Shown: positions 8,254-17,741, counted from the first letter of the stretch. The stretch is 43,776 bases of DNA from an uncultured Clostridium sp. (GCA_964463245.1 CAYXBU010000003.1:1-43776); one strand, 5' to 3'. Program-made: numbers and translations. The notes: generated from the letters alone by a model not told the origin.

Positions 8254-9762
8254 GTGGAACCGCATTGCTATATTGCCATAGACTTGAAGTCCTTCTACGC
8301 CTCGGTGGAGTGTCGGGAGCGGGGGCTTGACCCGCTGGACACCAATCTGGTGGTAGCCGATGAGAGCCGCACCGATAAGACCATTTGTCTTGCCGTGACC
8401 CCCTCCCTCAAGCGGCACGGCATACCCGGGCGATGCCGCCTGTTTGAGCTGAAGCAACGGGTAGCCGAGGTCAATGCCGAGCGAAAGAGCCGCGCCCCGG
8501 GGCGGCGATCGGTCGGCTCCTCCATCTCCATGGCCGCGCTGGATGCCGATCCCGCTCTGTCTGTTGACTACCTCATCGCACCGCCCCGCATGGCCTACTA
8601 CATGGAGTACAGTACCCGCATCTACCAGGTGTATATGAAGTATATCTCCCCCGAGGACATCGTGGTGTACTCCATCGACGAGGTGTTCATGGATGTGACG
8701 AGATACCTGCACACCTATGGTCTCTCCCCCCGCGAGCTGGCCATGAAGATCATTCTGGATGTGCTGGAGACCACCGGCATCACCGCGACCGCCGGTATCG
8801 GCACCAACCTGTTCTTGTGCAAGGTGGCGATGGACATCGTCGCCAAGCATATCCCGCCCGACCAGAACGGTGTACGCATCGCCGAACTGGATGAGCAACG
8901 CTTTCGGCGGGAGCTGTGGGAGCACCGTCCTCTGACCGACTTCTGGCGGATCGGTCCCGGGTACGCCCGACGGCTGGAAGCGCACGGAATGTACACGACG
9001 GGGGACGTAGCACGGTGCTCGGTGTACAACGAGGAGCTTTTGTACAAGCTGTTCGGCAAGAATGCGGAGCTGCTCATCGACCACGCATGGGGCTGGGAGC
9101 CCTGCACCATCGAGGCCATCAAGGCCTACCGCCCCGCCACCAACAGCCAGAGCTCCGGACAAGTCCTGCACTGCCCCTACGAGGCCGCCAAGGCGCGGCT
9201 GGTCATGCGGGAGATGACGGATCTGCTGGTGCTGGAGCTGGTGGACAAGGGGTTGGTCACGAATCAGATGACCATCACGGTCGGGTATGACGTGGAGAAT
9301 CTCAACGACCCGGAGCGGCGCAAGAAGTACCACGGAGCCGTCATTCGGGATCGCTACGGCCGATCCATCCCCAAGTACGCGCACGGAACCGTACATCTGG
9401 AGAGCTACACCTCCTCCACCAAACGGATCTTAGCCGCCGTCACGGAGCTGTTTGACCGTGTCGTGGATCCTGACCTGCTCGTCCGCAGGCTCAATGTGAC
9501 CGCCTGTGAGCTGGTCGCGGAGGAGAACGCCCCTCGGACGGATGCCACCCCGGAGCAGATGGATATGTTCACCGATTACACCGCCGCCGATGCCGCCCGT
9601 GCCGCCGCGCAGGAGGCCGAGACGCGGGAACGCCGCCTGCAAAAGGCCACGCTGGCCATCAAGAAAAAGTACGGAAAGAATGCCATCTTCCGCGGCATGA
9701 ACCTGGAGGAAGGCGCGACCGCCCGCGACCGAAACCGCCAGATCGGCGGGCATAAGGCTTGA
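8254..9762 (+). CDS. Y-family (UmuC/ImpB/UvrX-like) error-prone DNA polymerase
   Basis: IDLKSFYASVEC, YSIDE, TAGIGTNLFLCKVAMD, FWRIG, clamp-binding-like QMDMF, C-terminal GGHKA. GTG 8254 is spaced correctly from GGAGGTG; GTG 8242 is the alternative. Confidence 0.9.
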   Translation: MEPHCYIAIDLKSFYASVECRERGLDPLDTNLVVADESRTDKTICLAVTPSLKRHGIPGRCRLFELKQRVAEVNAERKSRAPGRRSVGSSISMAALDADPALSVDYLIAPPRMAYYMEYSTRIYQVYMKYISPEDIVVYSIDEVFMDVTRYLHTYGLSPRELAMKIILDVLETTGITATAGIGTNLFLCKVAMDIVAKHIPPDQNGVRIAELDEQRFRRELWEHRPLTDFWRIGPGYARRLEAHGMYTTGDVARCSVYNEELLYKLFGKNAELLIDHAWGWEPCTIEAIKAYRPATNSQSSGQVLHCPYEAAKARLVMREMTDLLVLELVDKGLVTNQMTITVGYDVENLNDPERRKKYHGAVIRDRYGRSIPKYAHGTVHLESYTSSTKRILAAVTELFDRVVDPDLLVRRLNVTACELVAEENAPRTDATPEQMDMFTDYTAADAARAAAQEAETRERRLQKATLAIKKKYGKNAIFRGMNLEEGATARDRNRQIGGHKA

Positions 9763-9799
9763 TACAGACCCCCGGAAAAGCATAAAGCAAAGAAGGTGC

Positions 9800-10672
9800 T
9801 TGTATATGTGGCTCATCGCCGCGATCCTCTCTGCCGTATTTGCCGGGCTGACCGCCATTCTGGCCAAGTGCGGCATCAAAAAGACCGACTCGGATGTTGC
9901 GACCGCCCTACGCACGGTGGTCGTCCTGCTGTTCTCCTGGATCATGGTGTTCATCGTCGGCTCAGCCGGAGAGCTTACCTCCATCTCGCCTCGGTCGCTC
10001 TGCTTCCTGATCCTCTCAGGTCTTGCAACAGGTGCCTCCTGGATGTGCTACTTCAAGGCACTCTCGATCGGGGATGTCAACAAGGTTGTGCCCATTGACA
10101 AATCCAGCACGGTGCTGACGGTACTTTTGGCGATCTTCGTCTTTCGCGAGACCCACCACCTCGTCCTTCGCCTGGTCTGCACCGCCTTGATCGGGATCGG
10201 GGTGCTCCTGATGGTGGAACGGCGGGACGGGGCGCAGGGCGCGACTAGGCAACGCTATATCGGCTACGCCATCGCCTCGGCCGTCTTCGCCGCGCTGACC
10301 TCCATTCTCGCCAAGGTCGGCATCAGCGGAGTGGAGTCTAATCTGGGCACCGCCATCCGCACCGCCGTCGTGCTGGTCATGGCGTGGGTGATGGTCTTCG
10401 CCAAGGGGAAGCAGTCCCGCCTGTGCGCCCCGGACGGACGGGAGCTGGTCTTTATCGGGCTTTCCGGGCTGGCGACCGGTGCATCCTGGCTCTGCTACTA
10501 CTACGCCATCCAGAACGGTGCCGTGAGCGTGGTGGTGCCCATCGACAAGCTGAGCCTGCTCATCACAGTCGCCTTCTCCTACTTCGTATTCAAGGAAAAG
10601 CTGAGCCGCAAGGCACTCATCGGCTTGACCTGCATGACGGTCGGCACGGTGGCCATGGCGGTCTGGGCATGA
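9800..10672 (+). CDS. EamA/DMT family transporter
   Basis: Two repeats of FA.LT.ILAK.GI...S...TA.RT...LSGLATGASW.CY...VVPIDK. About 10 TM. Start is TTG 9800 or ATG 9806. Confidence 0.88.
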   Translation: MYMWLIAAILSAVFAGLTAILAKCGIKKTDSDVATALRTVVVLLFSWIMVFIVGSAGELTSISPRSLCFLILSGLATGASWMCYFKALSIGDVNKVVPIDKSSTVLTVLLAIFVFRETHHLVLRLVCTALIGIGVLLMVERRDGAQGATRQRYIGYAIASAVFAALTSILAKVGISGVESNLGTAIRTAVVLVMAWVMVFAKGKQSRLCAPDGRELVFIGLSGLATGASWLCYYYAIQNGAVSVVVPIDKLSLLITVAFSYFVFKEKLSRKALIGLTCMTVGTVAMAVWA

Positions 10673-10698
10673 GCACAACGAACAGAAAGGAGCCGCAC

Positions 10699-11133
10699 AT
10701 GAAGCAGGATCATCCATACGCCGACATTCTCGACCTCCCGCACCACACCTCCCCGACCCGCCCGCGGATGTCCATGGCGGATCGGGCGGCGCAATTCTCG
10801 CCCTTTGCCGCCCTGACGGGGCATGACGACGCTATTCGGGAGACAGCGAGGCTTACCGACTCGCGGGTATTCCTGGATGCCGGCGAGGTCGCCTCGCTGG
10901 ACGAACGGCTCCGACACATTGCCACGCACCCGGAGGATGCCCCCGAGGTCAGCATCACCTACTTCCAGCCGGACGGGCGCAAGGCCGGCGGTGCCTACCG
11001 CACGGTCACGGGGGCGGTGGAGGAGATAGACGAATATGCGCGGCTGGTGCTACTTGCCGACAAGACCTCCGTCCCCATTGACGATATTCTGGACATCCGG
11101 ATCCAATGCGACACGGCGGAGGATCAGTCCTAA
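10699..11133 (+). CDS. YolD-like protein (partner of Gram-positive UmuC-like polymerases)
   Basis: Y.DI..LPHH.S..RPRMS..DRAAQFSPFAALTG and V.ITYF..D..K.GG.Y. RBS GAAAGGAG before ATG 10699. Confidence 0.8.
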   Translation: MKQDHPYADILDLPHHTSPTRPRMSMADRAAQFSPFAALTGHDDAIRETARLTDSRVFLDAGEVASLDERLRHIATHPEDAPEVSITYFQPDGRKAGGAYRTVTGAVEEIDEYARLVLLADKTSVPIDDILDIRIQCDTAEDQS

Positions 11134-11140
11134 CGAGAAA

Positions 11141-11190
11141 GAATATCCCCACCATACAAGGAAAGCATTCTTTGCATGGCGGGGATATTC
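11141..11190. terminator. Hairpin between convergent genes
   Basis: Inverted repeat gaatatccccaccat...atggcggggatattc. Confidence 0.65.
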
Positions 11191-12537
11191 TCATTCCTTG
11201 ACAACGGCTATCTCGCGGATGCCGTAGTGCTCGAACAGGCAGAGGTGCTCTTCCCGTATGACCTCGCCCGAAACGGCGATGGGGATAGCGGGGGGGCAGC
11301 TGACGGTCGGGGTCGCGCAGACCCGCCCGACCGCCTTGGCGATCGGCAAGCGTTCAAACGGGGCAAATATCGCCTCCCGCACCGTCATGACCGATTCTGT
11401 CATGGGGAGACGGCAGGAAAAGAGCGAGGTCGGCGGCGCGGGACAGTTGCCCAGCGCACAGGCCAGCCCCTCCAGCTCGCGGGGGGTGGTCCCAACCGAG
11501 GGCATCATCACCAGGTGCTCGCGGTCGGCATACTCGCAGACATAGCCCGCCCGGCGTAGCCCGTCCGCGATCTGCTCGCCGTTCGGCACGGCGGGAGCCC
11601 GCAGGGTCAGCTTGAGCGGCTCGGACGGCTCGACCATCCAGCCATGCTGCCCCAGGGTCTGCCGCACCTCCTCCAGCTGCCGTATGCGCTCGGCTAATTG
11701 CTCCCGATAGCCCTCGGCCAGTGCCGCGTTGCACAGGTCAAGGGAGGTTAAAAGCAGGAAAGAGGGGCTGGTCGAGCCGTACAGAGCCATCGCCTCGCGG
11801 GCACCTGCCGCAAAGGCGGGCGGAGCGTTCCGCGAGATGTGGAGGTAGGCCGTCCCGGTCAGGGCGGGGAGGGTCTTGTGTGCCGAATCACAGCACAGAT
11901 CGGCTCCCGCCGTCAGGGGGTGCAGGTCGGTCGGCAGGAAGCGTAGGTAGGCTCCGTGGGCGTTGTCCACCAGCAACGGCACCCCCGCCGCGTGGCAGAC
12001 ATCGGCGATCTCTCGAATGGGAAGGAGGTTCCCGAGGTAATCCGGCGAGGTCAGGTACACCGCCGCAGGTCGCGTAGGAGCCGCACACAATGCCGCATCC
12101 ACATCGGCGGCTGTCAGGCGACAGCTGCACAGCGACGAGGGGACGGCGGGCATCAGCCACTTCACATCCAGATCGGTCAGAGCAAGCCCGTAGAGAAAGG
12201 TCTTGTGGGCATTGCGGGCGGCCAGCACATAGGGGCGGGAGGAGCTTCCCTGCCCCGCCCGCGCCTGTACCGCCACCATGTGCAGCATGGCGCGGATGCA
12301 TTGGCTGGAGCCCTCGGTCGAGTACAGCGTCCGCCCACTGCCGAACAGCGCGGTGGCATTGTTCTCGCTCTCCCGAATGATGCCGCATGGAGCGTATAGC
12401 TCGTCGGCACCGGGGATCTCGGTGATGTCCCACGGCTCACAGCCCAACAGTCCCTGCCCCTTGTGCCCCGGCATATGCAGACGCACGGGGTCGCTCTCTG
12501 CGTATTTCCGAACAAAATCCGCGATGGGAGTAGTCAT
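11191..12537 (-). CDS. PLP-dependent Orn/Lys/Arg decarboxylase family protein (YaaO-like)
   Basis: LHMPGHKG, DITEI, RNAHK, TSPDY.G, VDNAHGA, SAHKTLP (PLP lysine), STSPS and PPAIPI motifs. Confidence 0.88.
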   Translation of the reverse strand: MTTPIADFVRKYAESDPVRLHMPGHKGQGLLGCEPWDITEIPGADELYAPCGIIRESENNATALFGSGRTLYSTEGSSQCIRAMLHMVAVQARAGQGSSSRPYVLAARNAHKTFLYGLALTDLDVKWLMPAVPSSLCSCRLTAADVDAALCAAPTRPAAVYLTSPDYLGNLLPIREIADVCHAAGVPLLVDNAHGAYLRFLPTDLHPLTAGADLCCDSAHKTLPALTGTAYLHISRNAPPAFAAGAREAMALYGSTSPSFLLLTSLDLCNAALAEGYREQLAERIRQLEEVRQTLGQHGWMVEPSEPLKLTLRAPAVPNGEQIADGLRRAGYVCEYADREHLVMMPSVGTTPRELEGLACALGNCPAPPTSLFSCRLPMTESVMTVREAIFAPFERLPIAKAVGRVCATPTVSCPPAIPIAVSGEVIREEHLCLFEHYGIREIAVVKE

Positions 12538-12538
12538 A

Positions 12539-13939
12539 TCATTCTGCCGCGGCGTTCTCGGCGTCCTCAGCTTCCGCGACCTTCAGCATGATGGCGCACT
12601 CGATACGCTTGCGGAACAGCTCACAGCCCGGCTTGTAGATGCCCCGAATGGAACCGGAGGCGTGGTAGGCATTCGCGGCACAGCCGCCCGAGCAGTACAG
12701 TTTCGCCCAGCAATCGGCACACTCCGGGCGGGCGTAGGCATTGCAGGCGCGGAAATCCTCCCGCAGGGCATGGTTGGTCACGCCGTCCCATATGTTCCCC
12801 AGCTTGTAGGACTCCTCGCCCACGAACTGGTGACAGGGGTACAGGTCGCCCCACGGAGTGACCGCCATGTACTCGGTGCCCGACCCGCACCCCGATATGC
12901 GCTTGTAGATGCAGGGGCCGGCCGTCAGGTCGATCATGTAGTGGTAGAAGGTGATACCACGTCCCTCGCGCTCGCGGCGAAGCATCTCGGTGGCTAACAG
13001 CTCATACTGCTCCTTGACTACCTCAATGTCCTCGGGGGTCAGTGCCATAGGGTCATCCGGAGCCGACACGACCGGTTCCATGCTCAGCTCGGTAAAGCCG
13101 AGGTCGGCCATATGCAGGACATCCTTGGTAAAGTCGGGGTTGCGGTGGGTGAAGGTGCCCCGCATATAGTAGCCCTTGCCGCCCCGCGCCGCCACCAGCT
13201 TTTGAAATTTGGGGACGATGCGGTCATAGCTGCCGTGCCCCGCGTAGTCCACGCGGGTAGCATCGTGGATCTCCCGCCGCCCGTCCAGGCTCAGCACGAC
13301 GTTGCTCATCTCGCGGTTGCAGAAGTCGATCACCTCGTCGTCGATGAGCACACCGTTGGTGGTCAAGGTGAAGCGGAAGTTCTTGCCCTTCTCCTTCTCC
13401 ACCGAGCGGGCGTAGGCCACGATGTCCTTGACCACCTGCCAGTTCATCAGCGGTTCGCCGCCGAAGAAGTCCACCTCCAGATTGTGCCGCGTGCCGGAGT
13501 TCTCGATCAGGAAATCAATGGCACGCTTGCCGACATCAAGGCTCATGAGGGCGCGCTCGCCGTGGTATTTTCCTTGGCTGGCAAAGCAATAGGAGCAGTT
13601 GAGGTTGCAGGTGTGTGCAACGTGCAGGCAGAGAGCCTTGATGACGTTCCCGGACTTCTCCTTGAACCGCCCCGCCATGTCAGCATAGGTGTCGGGGGTA
13701 AAGAGCTGACCCGAGGTCTCCAGTGCCTCGATGTCCTCGGCACATTGGCACAGCTCCTCGCGGGTCACGTCGGGGCGATCCGCATACTTCTCGGCCAGCT
13801 GTTGGATCAAGGTCTCCCGCTCGGTAGTCTTCCAGCCCTCGATCATGTCATAGGCTACCTCGTCCACCGCGTGGACAGCACCGGAGCAGGTGTCCAGCAC
13901 GATATTGTAGCCGTTCAATTTATATTGGTGCAGCATCAT
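12539..13939 (-). CDS. scfB: SCIFF/ranthipeptide radical SAM-SPASM maturase
   Basis: N-terminal RRE region, CNLNCSYC, DFFGGEP and SPASM cysteines (CGSG..PC..C..CADC..C..GC..C). Adjacent to the SCIFF peptide. ATG 13939 has an RBS. Confidence 0.95.
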   Translation of the reverse strand: MMLHQYKLNGYNIVLDTCSGAVHAVDEVAYDMIEGWKTTERETLIQQLAEKYADRPDVTREELCQCAEDIEALETSGQLFTPDTYADMAGRFKEKSGNVIKALCLHVAHTCNLNCSYCFASQGKYHGERALMSLDVGKRAIDFLIENSGTRHNLEVDFFGGEPLMNWQVVKDIVAYARSVEKEKGKNFRFTLTTNGVLIDDEVIDFCNREMSNVVLSLDGRREIHDATRVDYAGHGSYDRIVPKFQKLVAARGGKGYYMRGTFTHRNPDFTKDVLHMADLGFTELSMEPVVSAPDDPMALTPEDIEVVKEQYELLATEMLRREREGRGITFYHYMIDLTAGPCIYKRISGCGSGTEYMAVTPWGDLYPCHQFVGEESYKLGNIWDGVTNHALREDFRACNAYARPECADCWAKLYCSGGCAANAYHASGSIRGIYKPGCELFRKRIECAIMLKVAEAEDAENAAAE

Positions 13940-14000
13940 GAAACCTTCCTTTCTCCTCTTTCGGCGACGGCGAGTCCTGCCCGCCGTGCAATGCCTCGCC

Positions 14001-14030
14001 AAAAAAATGCCGCCCGCCGGGCGGCATTTT
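14001..14030 (-). terminator. Intrinsic terminator between scfA and scfB
   Basis: Hairpin aaaatgccgccc/gggcggcatttt followed by a T7 tract on the minus strand. Confidence 0.75.
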
Positions 14031-14041
14031 CTCGGAACTGA

Positions 14042-14200
14042 TCAGTTCTTCTTGTCAGCGTTCTTGTTCTCGCAGGACTGGTTGGCAACGCCACAGCTGG
14101 TCTTGCAAGCAGACTGGCAGGAGGTCTGGCATTCGCCGCAACCGCCGTTCTTTGCGCTCCGGCAGAGGTTCCGCGTTTCGAGAGTCTTGATTCTTTTCAT
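14042..14200 (-). CDS. scfA: SCIFF (six-cysteines-in-45) ranthipeptide precursor
   Basis: MKRIKTL...GGCGECQTSCQSACKTSCGVANQSCE, the canonical SCIFF core. Confidence 0.97.
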   Translation of the reverse strand: MKRIKTLETRNLCRSAKNGGCGECQTSCQSACKTSCGVANQSCENKNADKKN

Positions 14201-14249
14201 GATCTTATATCTCCGTTTCATTGAGTGTTGGATGCGATCCGATGCTCCT

Positions 14250-14278
14250 ATTATAGCACATATTTTGCCGTATGTCAA
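14250..14278 (-). promoter_or_regulatory. Consensus sigma-A promoter of scfA
   Basis: Minus strand TTGACA-17 nt-TATAAT with extended TG. Confidence 0.85.
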
Positions 14279-14446
14279 TAGCGAATTTGGACAAAGGCAG
14301 AGTAACAGCGTTTACTTTATTTCGTGCCCGGCGGGATTTTCACCACAGACCCACGATCCTTCCGGCACGATCCACACAGGCTCGGAAGCGTTCCTCATCC
14401 CGAACCGAGTCAAACCATTCACAGCCGTGAGGCGCGGTCAATGAAA

Positions 14447-14490
14447 ACGGCGGTGCGCCTCCCGTCAAGGGGGAGTGCGGTCACCGCCGT
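14447..14490 (-). terminator. Probable terminator after rubredoxin
   Basis: acggcggtg...caccgccgt hairpin followed by TTTT on the minus strand. Confidence 0.55.
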
Positions 14491-14533
14491 CGATCTGTTT
14501 TCTTAGGGGGAGAGCCGCTCGGTGCCGAGGCAC

Positions 14534-14722
14534 TCAGGCATTCTCTCCGGAATTGTCATCCGAGGACACTTGATCAAAGTCCTCCTTCGATGCGCCGCAC
14601 AGCGGGCAGACCCAATCGGCGGGAAGGTCCTCAAAATCCGTTCCCTCCGGTATACCGTTCTCGGGGTCACCGACCTCCGCATGATACTCATAGCCACACA
14701 ACTCACAAGCATATACGCTCAT
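14534..14722 (-). CDS. Rubredoxin
   Basis: [10 protein letters not shown]...[40 protein letters not shown]. Confidence 0.96.
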   Translation of the reverse strand: MSVYACELCGYEYHAEVGDPENGIPEGTDFEDLPADWVCPLCGASKEDFDQVSSDDNSGENA

Positions 14723-14803
14723 TTCCTATCCCTCCCTTCGCATCGCATCTTCTCGCACGTTCGAACGAGCCGCCCTATATCATATAACAAGTTAGGGCAC
14801 TTG

Positions 14804-16000
14804 TCAAGGGGTTTCCGCGCTTTGTGTGAAATTTTCCCTATTGTCCGAAAGACTTTCCGGGTATAGCCTGTATTTTTCTACATTTTCACCGAAATTGCAC
14901 AGGGCTGTCTCGTTTCGGCGCAGCAACGACTCGGGGTCGTAATCATCAAAGAGCACGTCCTGCCCCACCCGCAGGGCAAGGCCGTCACGGCGCAGGGTGG
15001 TCTCGGGATATTCTTTGATGTAGCGGAGCATATACAGCACCGTGCGGAAGGGGGAATAGGACTCCCGATCCGTGACGTGAAGTTCCAGCCCGCGGCAGGT
15101 CTCCCCCGCCCCCTTATTGAACATGGGGGTAAAGCAGATCGGACGGAAGGTCACGCCCGGCAGAGCCAGCTCGCTCATGCGGTGCCAGAGGGCATTCTCA
15201 TCCAGGAAGGGTGCCCCGATCCAGTCGAACGGTCGGGTAGTTCCCCGCCCCTCGGAGATGTTGGTGGCCTCGTAGAGGCAGGTGCCGATATAGTTGAAGC
15301 AGGTGGACACCGACGGGATATTGGGCGAGGGGTTGACCCAGAGCAGGTCGGTCTCATCCATGTACATATCCCGCGCCCAGCCGCAGCATGGCAGGATATG
15401 CAGGTCACATCCGATCGACCGCTCGGTATTCACCCAAGCGGCGTATTCCCCGACCGTCAGGCCGTAGCGGGTCGGCACCGAGAACTCCCCCACGAAGGAG
15501 GAAAAGCGGCTCTCGTCCAAGATCAGACCCTCCATGCTCCGCCCGCCGATGGGGTTCGGGCGATCCAGCACCAGAAGCGGCTTCCCCGCCACACGGCAAG
15601 CCCGCATGAGTTGGGTCAGGTTGCAGAGGTAGGTATAGAAACGCGCCCCCACGTCCTGAATATCGTACACCGCGATATCCACTTCCTCCAGCAGGCTCGT
15701 CAAGGACGGGTGCCCCGCCGACCCCAAACTGTAGAGCCGCGCCCCCGTCCCGGGGTGGATGCCGCCCGTATCGCCGAACTTCCCGTCCTGAAGTGCGGAA
15801 TACAGCCCGTGCTCCGGGGAGAACAGGATCCGCAGGTCGCACCCGACCTCCCGCAGGACATCATATGTCGGGATCCCTCGCTTGTTGACACCCGAGGCGG
15901 CGGTCAGCAGGGCGACCCGCTTCCCCCGCAGGTAGTCAGACAGTTGATCCGGCTGATCGACTCCGCACAGGACGGTGTGTTTTCTCATGGATGTTGTCAT
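14804..16000 (-). CDS. namZ: Exo-beta-N-acetylmuramidase NamZ/YbbC (DUF1343) family
   Basis: FSPEHG, DIQDVGARFYTY, VLDRPNP, PSPNIP and SEGRGTTRPF motifs. No signal peptide. Start placed after GAAAGGAAG. Confidence 0.85.
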   Translation of the reverse strand: MTTSMRKHTVLCGVDQPDQLSDYLRGKRVALLTAASGVNKRGIPTYDVLREVGCDLRILFSPEHGLYSALQDGKFGDTGGIHPGTGARLYSLGSAGHPSLTSLLEEVDIAVYDIQDVGARFYTYLCNLTQLMRACRVAGKPLLVLDRPNPIGGRSMEGLILDESRFSSFVGEFSVPTRYGLTVGEYAAWVNTERSIGCDLHILPCCGWARDMYMDETDLLWVNPSPNIPSVSTCFNYIGTCLYEATNISEGRGTTRPFDWIGAPFLDENALWHRMSELALPGVTFRPICFTPMFNKGAGETCRGLELHVTDRESYSPFRTVLYMLRYIKEYPETTLRRDGLALRVGQDVLFDDYDPESLLRRNETALCNFGENVEKYRLYPESLSDNRENFTQSAETP

Positions 16001-16026
16001 GGTCATCTTCCTTTCCGATCGGTATC

Positions 16027-16055
16027 GCATAGTCGCGCCGATCCTTGCATAGGGT
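16027..16055 (+). promoter_or_regulatory. Sigma-E-type promoter
   Basis: GCATAG-15 nt-CATAGGGT upstream of the SpoVB-like gene. Confidence 0.55.
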
Positions 16056-16106
16056 AAAACAGGCCGCTCACGGCGGCAGATCACATCGAAATGGAGGGGG
16101 AACAGC

Positions 16107-17741
16107 ATGGCATTGCCCCCGTCGTCTTCCACCTCGGCTCAGCGGTTCGCCCGCAATGCCCTGTGGCTCATCGCACTCAACCTCTTTCTGCGTACGGTAG
16201 GGGTCTCCTTCAATGTCTACTTGGCCGGCCGCGCCGGCGGGGAGGTCATGGGGCTGTATTCCCTCATCACGGGGGTGTATGGCTTTTTCGTCACGCTGGG
16301 GAGCGGCGGTGCCCACCTCGGCTGTACCCGCTTGGTCGCCGACACGCTGGGACAGTTCCCGGAGGGGGACACTTCCTCCGCGCCCCGTCGGGCGGCACTC
16401 TCCCGCGCCCTGCGTACCTCCCTCGTGTACGCGCTGGTCTGCGGGCTGTGCGCGTCGGCACTCCTTCTCCCCGCCGCACCGTGGATCGGGAGCTCCTGGC
16501 TGGGGGATGCCCGCACCATCCCCTCCCTGCGGGTACTGGCACTCTGCCTGCCCATCGTGTCGGTATCGGGATGTCTGTCCGGGTACTTCACCGGAATGCG
16601 CCGCGTGGCACTGCCCAGCCTCTGCGGGGTGCTGTCCCAGCTGTTGCGACTGAGACTGTGCGCCGCCCTTCTGAACGCGTGGCTCCCGCGCGGGGCGGAG
16701 TACGCCTGCTTAGCGTTGGTGGTCGGGAGCAGTCTCTCCGAGGCGGCGGGGCTGTTGCTGTCGGCACTGGCCTGCCTGGCAGATCGCCGCATGGGACGGC
16801 GACAGGGCGGCTCCGAGGAGGTCGTGTCCCCGCCCGCCGTCCCCCTGACGCGCAAGCTGTTGCACATCACGGTACCGGTGACCGTAGCCGCCTGTCTGCG
16901 CTCGGGTCTGCTGACCCTCCAGCACGCGCTGATCCCGCGCGGCCTGCGGGCGGTCGGCTCGTCCTGGGGGGCGGCACTGGCCTCCTACGGGGTCATACAC
17001 GGGGTCGTCCTGCCGGTCGTACTGTTCCCCTCGGTGTTCGTGTCCTCCTTTTCGGGACTGCTGGTACCCGAGATCGCCGAGGCTAATGCACGGGGGCACA
17101 GCAAACGGGTCGCCTATGTGTCGGGGCGGGTGGTCAGCGTGGCTCTGCTGTTCTCCTTCGGTGCCGCCGGGCTGATGACCTGCTTTTCCGACGAGATCGG
17201 GCGACTGATCTGCGGCTCGGCCGAGGCGGGGGTGTATGTCCGTATGCTCTCCCCGCTCATTCCCATCATGTATGTGGACAGCTCGGTGGACGGCATCCTG
17301 AAAGGCATGGGGCAGCAGGTGTACTCCATGACCGTCAATATCATCGACGCGCTGACGTCCGTGATACTCGTCCGATTCCTGCTGCCCCGCATGGGACTTA
17401 TGGGATATATCCTGTCGGTCTATGTGACCGAGACCCTCAACACCACCCTCTCCCTCTGCCGTATGCTCCGCATCAGCCGCATGAAGGTACGATGGTGGCA
17501 CATGGTGGCGGGGCCTGTGCTCTGCGTGATCGCCGCCGCATGGGGCACCGTCCTGCTGTTCCGTCATGCGGCCGTCCCGGACGGTCGTGCGGGGATGATC
17601 CTGCATCTCGTCACAGCCGGGTGTCTGTACGCGGGGCTGTTGCTCCTTCTCCGTGTGGTCAGTCGGGAGGAGGTCGGGCGAATGCTGGGCTACTTTAAGC
17701 GGAGGGGCTATCCCGCCGATCCCGACGGGCAAAGTGGTTGA
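16107..17741 (+). CDS. SpoVB-like MOP-superfamily flippase (polysaccharide biosynthesis / MurJ-like)
   Basis: F.RNAL.L..., G.EVMGLY.L, SGYFTG, YG.IHG..LP.V.FP, LVPEIAE and DGILKGMGQQ. Multiple TM segments. Confidence 0.8.
   Translation: MALPPSSSTSAQRFARNALWLIALNLFLRTVGVSFNVYLAGRAGGEVMGLYSLITGVYGFFVTLGSGGAHLGCTRLVADTLGQFPEGDTSSAPRRAALSRALRTSLVYALVCGLCASALLLPAAPWIGSSWLGDARTIPSLRVLALCLPIVSVSGCLSGYFTGMRRVALPSLCGVLSQLLRLRLCAALLNAWLPRGAEYACLALVVGSSLSEAAGLLLSALACLADRRMGRRQGGSEEVVSPPAVPLTRKLLHITVPVTVAACLRSGLLTLQHALIPRGLRAVGSSWGAALASYGVIHGVVLPVVLFPSVFVSSFSGLLVPEIAEANARGHSKRVAYVSGRVVSVALLFSFGAAGLMTCFSDEIGRLICGSAEAGVYVRMLSPLIPIMYVDSSVDGILKGMGQQVYSMTVNIIDALTSVILVRFLLPRMGLMGYILSVYVTETLNTTLSLCRMLRISRMKVRWWHMVAGPVLCVIAAAWGTVLLFRHAAVPDGRAGMILHLVTAGCLYAGLLLLLRVVSREEVGRMLGYFKRRGYPADPDGQSG

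Noticed and set aside
8225-11133. Prophage or ICE origin of the polymerase-YolD pair
   Set aside because: No integrase, relaxase, phage genes or att-like flanks are visible, and the composition resembles neighbouring genes.
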